64,000 nucleotides of DNA, taken from assembly GCF_018350175.1 (NCBI RefSeq), contig NC_058368.1, positions 197,286,001 through 197,350,000 of the forward strand, read 5' to 3'. The DNA comes from Felis catus. Taxonomy: Eukaryota. Position numbers and translations under genes: made by a program. The notes below the pieces were generated by a model, which searched no databases, was not told where the DNA came from, and was given only the letters and a program-made list of their open reading frames with translations. Positions 1 through 13,569 of the stretch are shown here, piece by piece (position 1 is the stretch's first letter; each line of letters opens with the position of its first letter).

Positions 1-1675
1 GTGGTAGAGAATAATTAAGTTAGCAACGCATGAATTAGGCAAATCCAATGGTGGCTTGGTTAAGAGTCTGGGAGCCATTTCCAGACTGGCTGATTTTCAG
101 TCCTACCTCCGTCATTTAGTATCTATGTGACTTTGGGTGAGATACTCTATGAGCCTCAAATTCTTCATCTGTAGAATGGACATTAATATGGTTTCCACCT
201 CATGGATTATTGTGTGTATTAAAATACTCCGTGTAATGCTTAGCAAATGAACACGACGTGTGCTGAGTTTTAGTGTATCCCTCACTTATACCTACCCTCA
301 GAGACATTCTTGTCATTTTCTACTTATGCAAACCTGTTGGGCTTTTCCATAGAGTGATGGCCATGAAAACATGTCTCAGAATTTTCCAACTACAGGGAGC
401 TTGACTGATTGGTTCTTCTTGTCTAGGGTTCTTTTTCATAATATGTGCTGATGAATCCAGCTCTTTGGAGAGAACTTGGGTCCACTCTACCAGCCCCGAA
501 TTGCTGTTGGGAAAACAATCTTATTTTTCCTTCATCATTATAAAGATAGGAAGAAAAGAGTTAGAAGAAGCTAAAAAAACAAAAACAAAAAAACAAAAAA
601 CTATACCCGTGAGGATGTCCACAACAATCGGAGGCAGCCAGGAAAGACGCAGAAGGAAGCTGGGGGTGGGATTCCCGGTGGAATTGGCTGTGAAAGTCAT
701 CAGGAAAGCAGAATCTTGGCTCTGTCCTTGCAAGAGAATGAAGCCGAAAACTGCAGAGCGGAGGGTCCCTTTGTTTGGAAGTTTGTTTTGAACTTTGAGA
801 CTCCAGAATGGAGATAAACACGTCTCACTCGGAAACAGGCAAAGGCTCCTGGGTGTTGGAAAGCCAGGTGGGAAAACCACTGGGAGACAGATTGTCCACC
901 TTCTTCGTGGGATGGAAGAACTTCCCCCATTATGCTTCTCTTCTGCTCCAAGAGCCCCTCTGTCTTTCGACTTCCGGTCCCCGACTGGGGTGGTTTCTAG
1001 CTTTCTTCCCCATATTCTGACCCTCTCAAGGCTCTCCCTGACGAACCCAGCCCTAGGCTCCCCAACTTTTCTTCCTAGTTGCCCTTCTTTCGCTCTCATC
1101 CGGCTGCACCCCACATCTCTCTCCTGCCCGGGAGCCTGTGCCTCTCACCGCACTGCTGTGTGCTCCTGTCCATTCACGAATACCCCCTCACTCACCCTTC
1201 TCTGGACACCACATCCTTCTGGCCTGGGAGATGTGGCAATGGTGGGAAGAGGTGCTTATGATCCAGTGATTTCTACTTGCCATTCTTAGACTATTTGAGT
1301 ATCCCACCAAGAGTGAGTACTTTAATTTTTATTTTTCGAAAATAATACGTAGTTGTTAGCGAGAAGAGGCAGATTATATGTGGTAGCAGGGGAGAACGTT
1401 CAGGGTATGTGGTTAGATAAGCAAATTGCAGAAAAATATACTCTGTACTTTTTTTTTAGGGTGATGTATATTGGTGGACCTATGTGTTATGTAATCTATA
1501 GAACATGTAGAATATACATATCATATAACATAGTTAAATCATTTTTCCATAAATGGGATCCCATATAGGTACCACATATACCTATCTCTATATGACGTAG
1601 AAAAAGACATGGGAATACACACTCATAATTATCAGGCTCTTGGATCAAAGTAACTTTTTTGGATTATGTAGTCTT

Positions 1676-1899
1676 TTATATTTAATTTTTTTTAACGCTT
1701 TTATTTATTTTTGAGACAGAGAGGAACAGAGCATGAACGGGGGAGGGGCAGAGAGAGAGGGAGACACAGAATCGGAAGCAGGCTCCAGGCTCTGAGCCAT
1801 CAGCCCAGAGCCCGACGCGGGGCTCGAACTCACGGACTGTGAGATCGTGACCTGAGCCGAAGTCGGACGCTTAACCGACTGAGCCACCCAGGCGCCCCC
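1676..1899 (-). mobile_element. Feline Can-SINE
   Basis: Full-length; target-site duplication (TSD) tggattatgtagtctt at 1660-1675 and 1900-1915. Confidence 0.95.
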
Positions 1900-4237
1900 T
1901 GGATTATGTAGTCTTAACAAAATCACTTGGACAAGGGTAAGCTTCTGTGCAGGCACTTATTCGAAGAAGAACTAAGGTATTCTTTCGTTTTCTGGTTCAT
2001 TCATTCGGTTGTTCCTTCACTTTACAACTTCTAATTGTCTATCCGCGCCAGGAACTGTGCCTGCCAGAAACATAGGGGAGGAGACAATACACACACAAAC
2101 ACGCAGACTTATAATTGCAGTCTGTAAAGTACGTGAAGAGGGGCTGGGAGTAGACATTAAAGACGGGTGTCTCTCTCAACAGGTGACATTCGAGCTGAGC
2201 TGAGGAAGCAGGAATAGCCATCCTGGTTTGGCGGAGGGTTGTGGGGAAGGAGCGGGTGCAGCACTAGAAAAAGAACGTCACAGGTCCAGGCGGAGGCAGG
2301 ACCGGATGCAGGTGGGGAGTCTAGAGGCTTCTTTGTGGAAGAGCTGAGCCCAATGCAGATGGTCAAGACCACGTTCGGCATTAGTGAACCTGGGATGGAA
2401 ATGCCCTACGAGGCTGGGAGGTCAGAGATCCTGCTTACAGTCCTGATGCAGCGGGCTGTGAGGAGGCCTGGGGCCGTGGGGTAAAGTGGTCTGGACTGGA
2501 GTCCTGACTACTCTTCCTTGCTGTGTGACCTTGGGCAAGTGACTTAACCTCTTTAGGCTAGGTAGGTTCTTTGTGGGTGAAGCAGGGGCCATAACACTAT
2601 CTACTTCACTGTTAGCGTCTGCAGCGATGACAGGCATCACGACTTAGCACTGTGTCAGGCATCATTAGATGCTCATACACTTTGCTGTTGTTTACCTCGG
2701 AAGAACCTGGCTGATTTGGAGGTGGCTCTCTGGGCCCGAGTTTTATAAGTGGAGGATTGGACCAGATGAGTCCTGAGGTACCTTTTACTCTAGTGTTCTT
2801 GGCTCTAAGTATCCGAGTGACCTATGGTTGGAGTTTGGCAGAAGATCTGACCATGTTCCAGGCTGGTGCAGAGACCTTTGATCCCCCAGGGGCACCACTA
2901 ATTTGTGCTGAGCCTTAGGCCCTGAGCAAAGAGTAGACTTCCCACCAGGAAATGGTGCTTTGCGTGGTGCTCCCGGACCTGACTCCCTGTGCGCGCCCCT
3001 TTCCTCCCTGGGGGGAGCTCCCAAACTGCAATGGAATTGGCAGGACACAGGCCTATTTTTCTGGCCCAAACAGTTTGGTGATGGAGCCATGCTTTTCCCC
3101 TGGTTCCTTACATTGTTTTGTGCAAAAATGTTTAAAAAATATCAAAGGTGTCCCCCAGGTCTTTGGGAAGCTTCTGGGGGGGGGGCGGGAACAAAGGAAT
3201 TGGCTTTGAGATCAGAGTATTGGGGGCTTGCAGTGCTGGCTGCGGGGGAGCTCTGGCCAGACGGTTCCACCGCAGGGTTCTGCTGAGGCCTTCTACTCAC
3301 ATCCGACCACAGCCCGGGCCTCCTTCCTGACAGTGGCCCTGCCAGCAGAAGAGGCTGGGGTGGAGCCAGCTCCGGATGGGAGGGTGGGAATTTGGTAGAT
3401 CTGGGAGCTGGACTCAGCCCCGCCATTCCCTTGGCCAGGCTTCACTGGGCTCAGTTTCCTTATTGGCGTCCCAATGGGATGTCAGTGAGCCTTCTAACCC
3501 CTCCGTCCATTTGACAGTTAAGAGACAGTCTTACCCATTATTCACTGACCATTTCTCCTCTGCCTACAGTTCTGCTTGTAGTGCCCTCTCCCGCTGTGTC
3601 TCCCTTGAATGATGCCAGTCATTTCCTCAAGATGCCCTCAAGTCCTGTCTTCTCCTGGAAGCCATCCTTTGAGCTCCTCTAGCACTGACTGCCCAGGCCA
3701 GTCATCAAGGGACCCCCTTCACCTCCTGCCCCCACTCCCTTTGGTTCCCCGCAGAGGGGGTCCCCAGCCTTGCTGTGAGGTTGTCCATCTGGGAACTTTG
3801 CACACGCTGTTCCCTACACCTGCTTTGCTCTTCCCCTGCTTCTTTGCAAAGCTGGAAGCTCCTCTTCCTCTAGGTCTTTGCTTAATTGCTACCTCCCTAG
3901 AGAGGCTCTGCATGACCAGCTAGCCAAAGTATCCCAGAGAGTATCTTTAATTAATGGGTGGAGTAAAATTCTCTCAGACAACACGGACTTACTCATCTCA
4001 GAGTCCAGTTGAATTAACTGCCATGCCCTCCTACCCCGAACTTGGCTTGCTTCCCTCTTGATTCACTTGGCTCCTTAAGACCGAAGTCTATCTCTGAATA
4101 TGGTCTTCCACTATATCCTGCAGAGTCTGCCAAGGGGGCACCTGTCCCTTAGGCATTCAGAATTATAAGCGGGTCTTCACGGCGGCACAGCTGGGAAGTA
4201 CAGAGAAATGGACTAGCAGTAAGAAGACCTGAGTTTT

Positions 4238-4475
4238 GGGGGCGCCTGGGTGGCGCAGTTGGTTAAGCGTCCGACTTCAGCCAGGTCACAATCTCGCGGT
4301 CCGGGAGTTCGAGCCCCGCGTCGGGCTCTGGGCTGATGGCTCAGAGCCTGGAGCCTGTTTCTGATTCTGTGTCTCCCTCTCTCTCTGCCCCTCCCCCGTT
4401 CATGCTCTGTCTCTCTCTGTCCCAAAAATAAATAAACATTGAAAAAAGAAAAAAAAATTAAAAAAAAAAAAAAAG
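4238..4475 (+). mobile_element. Feline Can-SINE inserted in a MIR remnant
   Basis: ggggcgcctgggtggcgcag head, (CT)n, A-tail; TSD aagaagacc(t/c)gagtttt. Confidence 0.95.
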
Positions 4476-5624
4476 AAGAAGACCCGAGTTTTGGGTTTGC
4501 CCTCGCTTCCTCGCTATGTGACCTTGGGCAACCAATTCATTCTTGTTGTCTGAATCTGCTGAGCTGTAATGAATAACAGTTGCCATGAAACATTATCATA
4601 ATACGGACTGTAATTATCCCTTCCCTGTGTATATCTCAGGGTAGTTCCAGAGATGAAATGAGAAACTGTGTGCTTTGTGAACTCCGGTCTATGCAAAGTA
4701 GGTGGTGATTATTTTCCCCTCATCTCGTTACAAATTAGCCACTCCGGCTCAGTTATTTACACAGAATTTGTGGGAAGTAACATCATATCCCCTGATATCC
4801 AGGAAGGCCCTGGTAAAGGGCAAACAGAAGTCCGCGGGACGTGTGCACTAGTCACTTCCCCAGGAACACCATTAAAGCACAGCGCACTGTTGGGAGTGGC
4901 GTTGAAATCTACAGGCCTCCTGCCAGTGCCTCATAACCTCTGAAAGGGCAGCACACCTCTACTTGTGAGAAAGTCCCACTGTTCACTCCCTGGCATTGGG
5001 GGAGTTTTAGGTTGCCCCCGCTGGGAGAGTTTTTAGAGCCCATCGAAACTAAGTCCCTCCTTCTACAGAGTCCCAGTGGCGTCCAGGGAATAGGGCAGTG
5101 ACGGTAAGGCAAGGTCTGTGGGGTCTAGATGCTCCCTAGGTGCTTAGACATTCCCAGAGCTGATTCTGCTTCCGTTCGGGGATTGCCTCTAAGAGTAGAG
5201 TTCTCCCCCCATCACAGAAGAATCCCCACATGGTGGACAGAGAGGAAATTTCACTGCAGCGTGATTGTCTTTGTGATACAAAGGGAAGTGGAAACGGTTT
5301 AAATGCCAGTTCAGAGGGAGGCGAGCAGCGACGTATCATACTAAGGAATATGACACGGCAAATGAGCAAAGCGAGGTGAGTGCTGACGTCAAAACCTGGA
5401 GAGCTGCTCAAGACCTACTGTCTGGTGGGGACAAGGACAGGCTGCAGACCAGTATATACAGTGTGCCACCAGTTATTCCAATGAACACATAGAAACCACA
5501 CTATCTTTCCTAGGAGTGCATTTTAAGGCGTGTGAGATGGGCTGGAATAATAATTGTATTTAGGTCCAGGTGAGAGAGAGCTGGGGAACTGACCCGATGG
5601 CCAGGATTGGCAGAGAGGAGTCTT

Positions 5625-5836
5625 TCTTTTTTAATTAAAAAAAAAAATGTTTTGAGAGAGGGTGCAAGTGAGCGAGGGGCAGAGAGAGAGGGAGAGAGAG
5701 AATCCCATGAGGGCAGAGAGGGAGAGAGAGGGAGAGGAGCGGGGTTCGCCCAAAGTGGGGCTCGAGCTCACGAACCGTGAGATCATGACCTGAGCCGAAG
5801 TCTGTTGCCTAACTGACTGAACCACCTGGGTGCCCC
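5625..5836 (-). mobile_element. Can-SINE
   Basis: SINE body; TSD gagaggagtctt. Confidence 0.9.
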
Positions 5837-8435
5837 TGGAGGAGAGGAGTCTTAAGGGGACACTAGCCTTAGGGACCATGTTTCGTTTCATTTCATTTTT
5901 TTAAATAAGGAAAATGTATTCATGAGTTCTTGTGGGATCAAAAATTAATAATAGTGGTTTTTAAAATTAGCCTTAGACTCTATTGAGCCCTTCCTCTGGG
6001 CTGGCAGGACTGATTCATGACTGACTAACTTTGTATGAGTCATGGCGCCTACTAGGGAGGGATGGGTCCACTTCCCATCTCCATGCTGTCTGGTCCGTCT
6101 GGTCTTGGGGGCTCCCTCGGCCTTTGGAGGCTTGCCCCATGCCATATCCTGAGTGTGAGCTCGGCATGGCCCGGGTCCTCCCAGTGTGGCAGGGTCCTCT
6201 TGTAGCTGACCTGGTGGGTGACTCAACATGAGAGAAGGGTCTGCATAGCATAGTTGATGCAGAACTATAACAACTGTGAGCCTGGACACTCCAGTCTGAA
6301 TCTCAGTCTTGCTTCCACCTCCTGGGGTCCTGGGGCAAGTGCTCCCAGCCCAGCTCCACTCTTACCACCTTCTCCTTGTTCATTCTATTCTGGCCCCACT
6401 GGCTTCCTTTCTGGTCACTCTGCCTCCCTTGCTTGCCTCGGGTGTTTGGGGTTGCTGTTCCTTTTAACTAGAACGCTGTTCCCTCTGACTTCCACATGAC
6501 TGGCTGCTTCTCAGGGGTCAGATCTCATCTCTAGCGAACGTCAGTCCCTCTCCCTTAACACAAGCTATGTTACTTCCCCCGGGAGCATGGAACATCACCA
6601 GAATTCTGTTGTAGAGCTGGGTCGTGCCCTTTTGCAGACCGCGTAGCCCCCTGGAAGGCAGGTGCATTAGGGACAAGCACCTGTCCGGTCCTTCTCTGTA
6701 GTTCGAGGACCAAGAATGGTGTCTGGCATATCGTAAGTGCTCAGTAAAGAGTACGTGAATGAACGCACGAGCTTCGCAAGCCCGGCGAGAATGGTGCCCT
6801 GGGAGAAGAAGGATGCCAAGCTTCCTTCCAGTCCCTTCCAGGCAAGAGTCAAATCCTTGAGTGAGGCAGGAGTGGATGGAGGAACAAGCCCCATGACTCC
6901 CCTGCCTAAGTCGGTTGCTATGAGGCTGAAAGTGTGGGGCCCTTATTTAATGCCCAGGGGCTTCGGTTTGCTCATCTAGAAGACAAAGAGGTTGGACTGG
7001 ATGCTCCTTTTCTGCTCCAAGCTTTTACTATGCTATAAAATATAAATGGTTTGGGTCCACATGCTCAAATCAAGATATATGCTTGAATACCTTTTCTTTA
7101 ATATGCCCTTAATACCGGTTTGTGTGTCCCCTCCATCCCCCACCCCCCCCCCCGCCGCCATTTTCCTCTTTCTCATAAAAAATGGAATGCAGAACGTGCG
7201 GCAGCGTGGTCTCTGGTGAACTGTGATCCGGAGCCCTTGATGCAAAATTCATTATTGAATCAAAGACTACATTTTTCTCTCCTCATTTGTTTCTTTGCTC
7301 TCCAAACAATTTTGAGCTTTGACGTCTTTATTGGTGTCCTTTGGCCTTTGAGCAGAATGAAAATGCGGTGTATCTAGTCATCGGGCTGTATTCTGAATAG
7401 GACTAAGCCGGCACGCAGAAGAGTAGGGAATATTGGTTTCAGAGCCCCTCTGTTCAGGCACATGGAGCGGGGAGTGGGGAGGGTCAGCTCCCGACTTCCC
7501 ACACAGCAGAAAGGAGCTGGGTCAGCCTGGTCTCTGGGGCCAGGTTCTGATTTTGGTACTCAGGCTCTACTGCTGTTTGGACAGGGAACTGAGCGGGTGC
7601 CCTTGATTTGGAGGCTGGAGACCAAAAGCATGACAAAGCCCCCTTTTCCTGACAGCTTGCTGTGGGCCAGACGCTGCGCTAAGGGCTTGGCATGTTACCA
7701 TCTCACTTAACTTTGATTCTTCCCAGTGCCCCATGAGATAGGAAATGTTATTCCCTTTATTATTTCAGATGGAGAAACTGAGGCTTAGGGAGAGTAAATC
7801 AAATGTCCAAGCTCGTGTAGGGGAGCTAAGATTTGCCCCCAGGCTGTCTGACGCTGGCCTTTCCTACTTCCAAGACAGTACACGCATAGTGAAGGATGCT
7901 GTGCAAATCCTGGAGTGCAAGTCTGGCTTTGCCAGGACAAGGTGCAGCTAGTGATAGGAATCCCTAACATTCAAGTTTCTCATCCAGATTGAAAAAGTAG
8001 GAGTGACCATCAGAGTGCTAAAGGAAGATTGTTATAAGCATGTCAGGTATCATTCATTCCTTCAGTAAACCCACAAGCACTCCTCTGTGCAAGGAGGATG
8101 TATATACTTTGCTGTCCCAAAGAGAGACCCCCTATAGAGACATCCTTGTCCTCTTACAGGGGCTTGACATCTGAGGGGGTGAAAGCTGAGAGATTTTGTG
8201 TAACCGGTCCATTCCATCCAGCTTGTCCACGACTTGTCCATTCTGTCCAGCTTGTCCAGAGATGGAAGGCAGGCCCACCATTGGATGCCTCAGGCACCAA
8301 GACAGCAAGACCTCTAAGGTCCAATATGAAAGGCTGTCCGCCATCTTTTTCTTTCCCCTGATCTGTGGCAATATTCAAATAATCATTCAATAGATTGCTG
8401 AAGATATGGGTCAGGGTGAGTGGATTGAATAGGGC

Positions 8436-8640
8436 CGGGTTTCTTGACCCTGGTGCCACTGACATTTTGGGCGGGATCATTCTTGGTTGCGGGGCCTGTC
8501 CTGTGCACTGTAGGATGTCTAGCGGCATCTCTGACCTTGGCCCACCAGAATGCAGTAGCCAGCTGTGACAACCAGAAAGGTCCCTGGTTATCGTCAAATG
8601 TTCCCAGGAGGCAAAATTGCCCCTGGTTGAGAACCACTGG
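8436..8640 (-). mobile_element. MER20 (hAT-Charlie) DNA transposon
   Basis: gggtttcttgacc...gacattttgggc...ttgccccTggttgagaaccactg matches the recalled MER20 consensus. Confidence 0.85.
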
Positions 8641-9029
8641 AACTGAGTGACAACAAAACAAAATAAAACACTCACAAAAATTCTTTCTCTGCTGTAAGTC
8701 AATGGTGGTGTTGCATATGTGGGACTCACACATATCAGAGGATCAGACCCCCAAATCTCATAATAGTGAAAATAGTCCTTGGAATGACTTGGAAGCCTGG
8801 AGCTATTATAGGATCATAGTTTCTACAGGTTAGGTTCAGGTTAACTGACAGGCTTTAAGGGCCGTATATAAACAAAATGTGTCTTTAAACACCAGAGTTA
8901 CTCTCAGTGGGGAGATGCTCAGAGTGAAAGATAAGGAACCAAGGGGTTTGCAGCTCCATTTCCCCCATCTCAAGCTAACTGGAGGCCTCCGTCCAGGGAA
9001 AGCATTGGCCCTGGGTGACATGGGCTGTG

Positions 9030-9425
9030 GCCTTACTACTTAAAGTGTGGTCCATAGACCAGCAGCCACTGGTCACTTGGGAGCTTGCCAGGACATGCAA
9101 AAACTTGGGCCCTCCCTCAGCCCTACAGTATCAGAATCTACATTTTAGTAAGATTCCCAAAGGGCTCGTTTGCATTTTTTAAAAAAAAATTTTAACGTTT
9201 ATTTATTTTGGGGACAGAGAGAGACAGAGCATGAACGGGGGAGGGGCAGAGAAAGAGGGAGACACAGAATCGGAAACAGGCTCCAGGCTCTGAGCCATCA
9301 GCCCAGAGCCCGACGCGGGCTGGAACGCACAGACCACGAGATCGTGACCTGAGCTGAAGTCGGACGCCCAACCGACTGAGCCACCCAGGCGCCCCTCGTT
9401 TGCATTTTAAGGTTTGGGAAAGTAG
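9030..9425. mobile_element. MER5A-type DNA transposon split by a Can-SINE
   Basis: ctacttaaagtgtggtcc...ggagcttg...atcagaatctacattttagtaagattccc...aaggtttgggaa. Confidence 0.75.
9179..9395 (-). mobile_element. Feline Can-SINE
   Basis: TSD ctcgtttgcatttt. Confidence 0.95.
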
Positions 9426-9644
9426 CAGTGTATGGTATTAAAACACACTTTAAGAGTTGAGAAGAGCTCACCTATGTGTTTAAAACGTTCTGTCTCACTT
9501 TTGCTGACTGTGCTGGTAAGTGTGTGGGTGACGTTTGTCTGTTTGTTTGCTTCAGCGCTATAGGAATGTGGTTCTGTGTAGGTTGGAAGCATCTAGACTT
9601 TATCATTAGGCAGAATTGTTGAAGACGGATGTGAGGTTGGTGCT

Positions 9645-9667
9645 GTGGGGTGTGTGTGTGTGTGTGT

Positions 9668-9698
<31 letters not shown>
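9645..9698. repeat. (TG)n microsatellite
   Basis: Directly visible. Confidence 0.95.
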
Positions 9699-9699
<1 letters not shown>

Positions 9700-10040
9700 T
9701 TCTGGTTTATATTATTTTATACGTTTTAAGTGATGAAGCTCCTGTTTGTGTATTTCCTGTCACACACGCCCGCACCCCCATATGTGAGAAAACTCATCTC
9801 TGCTTATTTCTAAGACTATTTAGAAATAAGACCTCAGAGAAGTCAGCTGACATGTTCCTCACACAAAGGCCTGCTGCTTCGTGGTGCAAGGATGTAAGGA
9901 GTCGCTGACTTCGGACGAGCTTTTACAAACAGGGACCTGTTGTACAATCACAGGGTGGTGGTGGCGATCGCCGGACCTGCAAAGAATAAAAAAAGGTCAC
10001 CGCGGCGGATTTTCTCTGTAGCTCAGATGCTGTGTCTGTA

Positions 10041-10054
10041 CTGCCCCCTGCTGG
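10041..10054 (-). promoter_or_regulatory. CTCF core motif, copy A
   Basis: Minus strand reads CCAGCAGGGGGCAG; paralogous to 42135-42148. Confidence 0.65.
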
Positions 10055-11404
10055 TTAAGGCCCTTCGGGACACAACGCCCTTGGCCATGACTTTTCTCTT
10101 CTTCGTCCTCTTCTCGCTGTGCCTTCTTCCGCTTATTTACGGCTCCCGAACGGGGGTGGGGGGGGGGGGGTGGTGTTGAAACTCCTATTTGTCACTAGTT
10201 CCAGGCCTGCTGCTTGCACAGGCCTCTTTTGGCCCAGATGCAAGTCTCCCCAGGAAGGACATCTGACCTGGGCTCGTTGGGCGGAAGGATTCCTCCTTCC
10301 CTTGCCCTTTGCTGAGTCCGATGATTGCAAAACCTGAGTGTCCCTGGAAGATAGCTGGACTGAGGAGACATTCCTTTCCCTGGGAGCGGTGGGGAGTGTC
10401 CGTCCTGGGCTCGTGTCCTGACACACCATCCTATCCCAGCTTGTTCACTAGGGAACCTGATTTTCAAGCCTGAGCTTATTGGTGTTCGCACGTTCGCGGA
10501 AGCACACTGAATTGAAGGTCCCGGGGTTTGAGTTCTAATGCGGGCTTTGCCACGGGATTGCCTAAAAGGGTTGAAGAAATGATTTAGTCGTTGTGGGCCT
10601 CAGTTTCTTTCTCTTTAAAGTGGGTTGGAGGAGAACAAGCAGGAATGGACTCCTGCGCTGCCAGCCTCCCAGGGTGGGGCTCCCGTCGCCCGCCCCTTGA
10701 CCCCAGGCTGGCTGTGGGAGCCAAGAAATAGGAAACTGACACGTTGAAAGAGCATCAGCTGTCCCGGGTGAGGTCACAGCCGGCCACTGGTGACCTCTGC
10801 CGGGTCAGCAGGTCAGCAGCCCCGCCCCTCCCGAGCTGCGGCCGCCAGGTCCTCCCCTGACCCTTGGCAAGGTCACCATGCTCATCCGTGCAGAGGGAAG
10901 CCGGGAGAACACCTCGTCCGCCCGTGGCTTGGTAATCTGCTACCATGTGACAAGGGCTCTCCAGCCACAGATGCTGCTTCGCCTTTCCTGCCAGAGTGAC
11001 AGGCACTAACCGGAGTGGTAAGGACGGACCCCCGGAGTCCCACTGCCCTGGCTCGAACCCTGGCTCTGCTGTGCCCTGTCATCTGAGTGAGCTGGGGCAC
11101 GTCATTCAGACTCTTGTTTCCTGGTCTTTAAACGGGGGTAATGTTAATATAGCTTTGGTAGAGTGCTAGGGGGACTCAGGGACATTCTTTTTCTTTTCTC
11201 CCCTCCCTTTTGTTTTTTACTTTGTTGACAGGAAATTTATTCCAGGGATCCATATAATATAAAAAGAGTTCTCGTCATGAAAGTATAAAATTTGAAATAA
11301 AGCATTAGTTATAAAAACGAAAGAGCCGGGCATCTTGATGTAGAGGGTGGTGTAGGAAGTGGCTAAAAGGTGAGTGCTCTTGGACTAGGGCTGTAGGTGA
11401 GTCT

Positions 11405-11418
11405 CCAGGAGGGGGCAC
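11405..11418 (+). promoter_or_regulatory. Possible CTCF motif
   Basis: CCAGGAGGGGGCAC; motif match only. Confidence 0.3.
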
Positions 11419-11549
11419 ATTGCCAGGTGGGTCTTTGTGAAAGCAGGACAAACTTTACTCTGAAAGTTCCCTAGGAGCTTGGATCTGGGTCTAGTTCATT
11501 CGTTGCTCTATCCCTACTGCCTTGGAGAATGTCCAGCACAAAGTAGGTG

Positions 11550-11551
<2 letters not shown>

Positions 11552-11598
<47 letters not shown>
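11552..11598. repeat. (AT)n microsatellite
   Basis: Directly visible. Confidence 0.95.
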
Positions 11599-11601
<3 letters not shown>

Positions 11602-11634
11602 TTCACTCTTCTTGTATTTTTCTTTCGTTCATCA

Positions 11635-13140
11635 CTTTTGTTTTCAGCTTTATTGAGATGTAATTGACATATAACATTGTATTAGTTTTAGGTGCACAAC
11701 ATAATGATTTGTTACACGTGTATATTGCAAAATGATGACCATAATACATTTCATTGACGTCCATCACCTCATGTAGTTACAAATTTTTTTTTCCGTGATG
11801 AGAAGTTTTAAGATCTTTCTTAGCAATTTTCGAATATACAATACAGTATTGTTAATTATATCACTATGCTATATGTCGCATGGCTAGGACTTATTTATCC
11901 TGTAACTGGAGGTTTGTACCTTTTGACCACTTTCCCCCATTTTGCTTACACCCCACCTTCTACCCCTGGCCACCACCAATCTGTTCTCTGTTTCTATGAA
12001 TTTGGGGGGTTTTTTGGGTGCCACATATAGGTGACATCATTTGTCTTTCTCTAAGTGACTAATTTCACTTAGCAGAATTATCCCACAAGGTCCATTCCTG
12101 TTGTTGCAAATGGCAGAATTTCCTCCTTTTTTAATGGCTGACTATTATTCCATTGGAAATGTATATTTGAGGAGTGCCTGGGCAGCTCAGTCAGTTAAGT
12201 GTCTGACTCTTGCTTTTGGCTCAGGTCATGATGTTATGAATCGTGGGTTCGAGCCTCACATCGGGCTCTGTGCTGACAGTGCGGAGCCTCATTGAGATTC
12301 TCTTGTGCTCCCTCTCTCTCTCTGCCCCTCCCCTGCTCCCACTCTCTCAAAATAAATAGGTAAACTTAAAAAAATATATGTATATGTGTACATATATATA
12401 TTTAAATATATATTTGCTAATACATAGATTAACAAAAACTAATAGCAAAAACTTACTGGAGATATATATATATAATATTCATGTGCTATATATATGTGTG
12501 TGTATATATATATATATATATATGTAATATGGGTCTTTTCCTTATTCATCTGTCAGTAGACACTGAAGTTATTGTAAATAATGCTGCAATGAACATGCGG
12601 TACAGATATCTCTTTAAAGAGTGATTTCATTTACTTCAGGTAAAGACCCAGAAGTGGAATTGCTGGATCATTGGTGCTAGTAGTTCTATTTTTAATTTGT
12701 TTACTTCTATTTTTAATTGAATTTGTTTACTTTCATACTTTTTTTCCATCGTGGCTGTAGCAGTGTGCATTCCCACCAACAGTGCACAAGAGCTTCCTTG
12801 CCTATACACCCTTGCTGAGACTTGTTAGCTCCGGTCTTTTCGCTAACAGCCATTCTAACAGGTGTAAGATATTGTCTCACTGTGGTTTTGATTTGCATTC
12901 ATCTGATGGTTAGCAATGTTGAACACCTTTTGATGTACCTGTTGGCCATCTGTCTGTCTTTGGAAAAATGTCTATTCAGTTCCTTAGCCGATTTTTTAGT
13001 CAAAGGGTTTGTGTATTGCTACTGACTTGTGTGAGGTGTTTTTTTTTTTAAATATTGTTTTGGATAATAACCCCTTATCAGATCTGTGATTTGCAAATAT
13101 TTTCTTCCATTCCATAGTTGCCTTTTCATTTCGTTGATGG
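11635..13140 (-). mobile_element. L1 3' end (ORF2 C-terminus and 3'UTR) with a Can-SINE (+) at about 12170-12373
   Basis: ORF MQIKTTVRQYLTPVRMA...HCWWEC is L1 ORF2 C-terminal sequence; typical L1 3'UTR follows. Confidence 0.9.
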
Positions 13141-13569
13141 TGACTTTTTTCCCTCTGAGTGCATAATTAATGCTCAGTACGTGTTTTTATTATTAATGTT
13201 CAGAACAGAGCATAGCACCTAGACCAAGTAGGTGGCCCAGAGATGTTTGATGAATATATGACAACTGCATGAATGGACTGGAAACGAGGAACCATGTTCT
13301 AGCTCCATTTCTGCCTCTGACTTCCTTTAACAACAAGTCTACCTGCTGACTCTACTGGCCTTCTCCAAACCTGCCTCTAATTTCCCATCTTAGCATTTTT
13401 CCAAGTGGCTTTTCCTCTTTCTGGAATGCTCTTCTCACTTATTTCTGCTGTCACAATTCTATCCTTCAAGATGCAAATGACATGCCCCCTGCTCTGTGAA
13501 GCTTTCTTTGTTTCCCCATCTGGTAGTGCTTCTCCCTTCTCAGATTTCCAATATATTTCATTGTTGCTG

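Noticed and set aside
521..1289. 197-aa and 164-aa overlapping ORFs
   Set aside because: No recognisable homology or exon structure; they run through A-rich and pyrimidine-rich low-complexity sequence.
4238..4330. tRNA-like A/B boxes
   Set aside because: These are tRNA-derived Can-SINE heads, not tRNA genes.
8154..8733. 191-aa minus-strand ORF
   Set aside because: Passes through a MER20 element; chance open frame.
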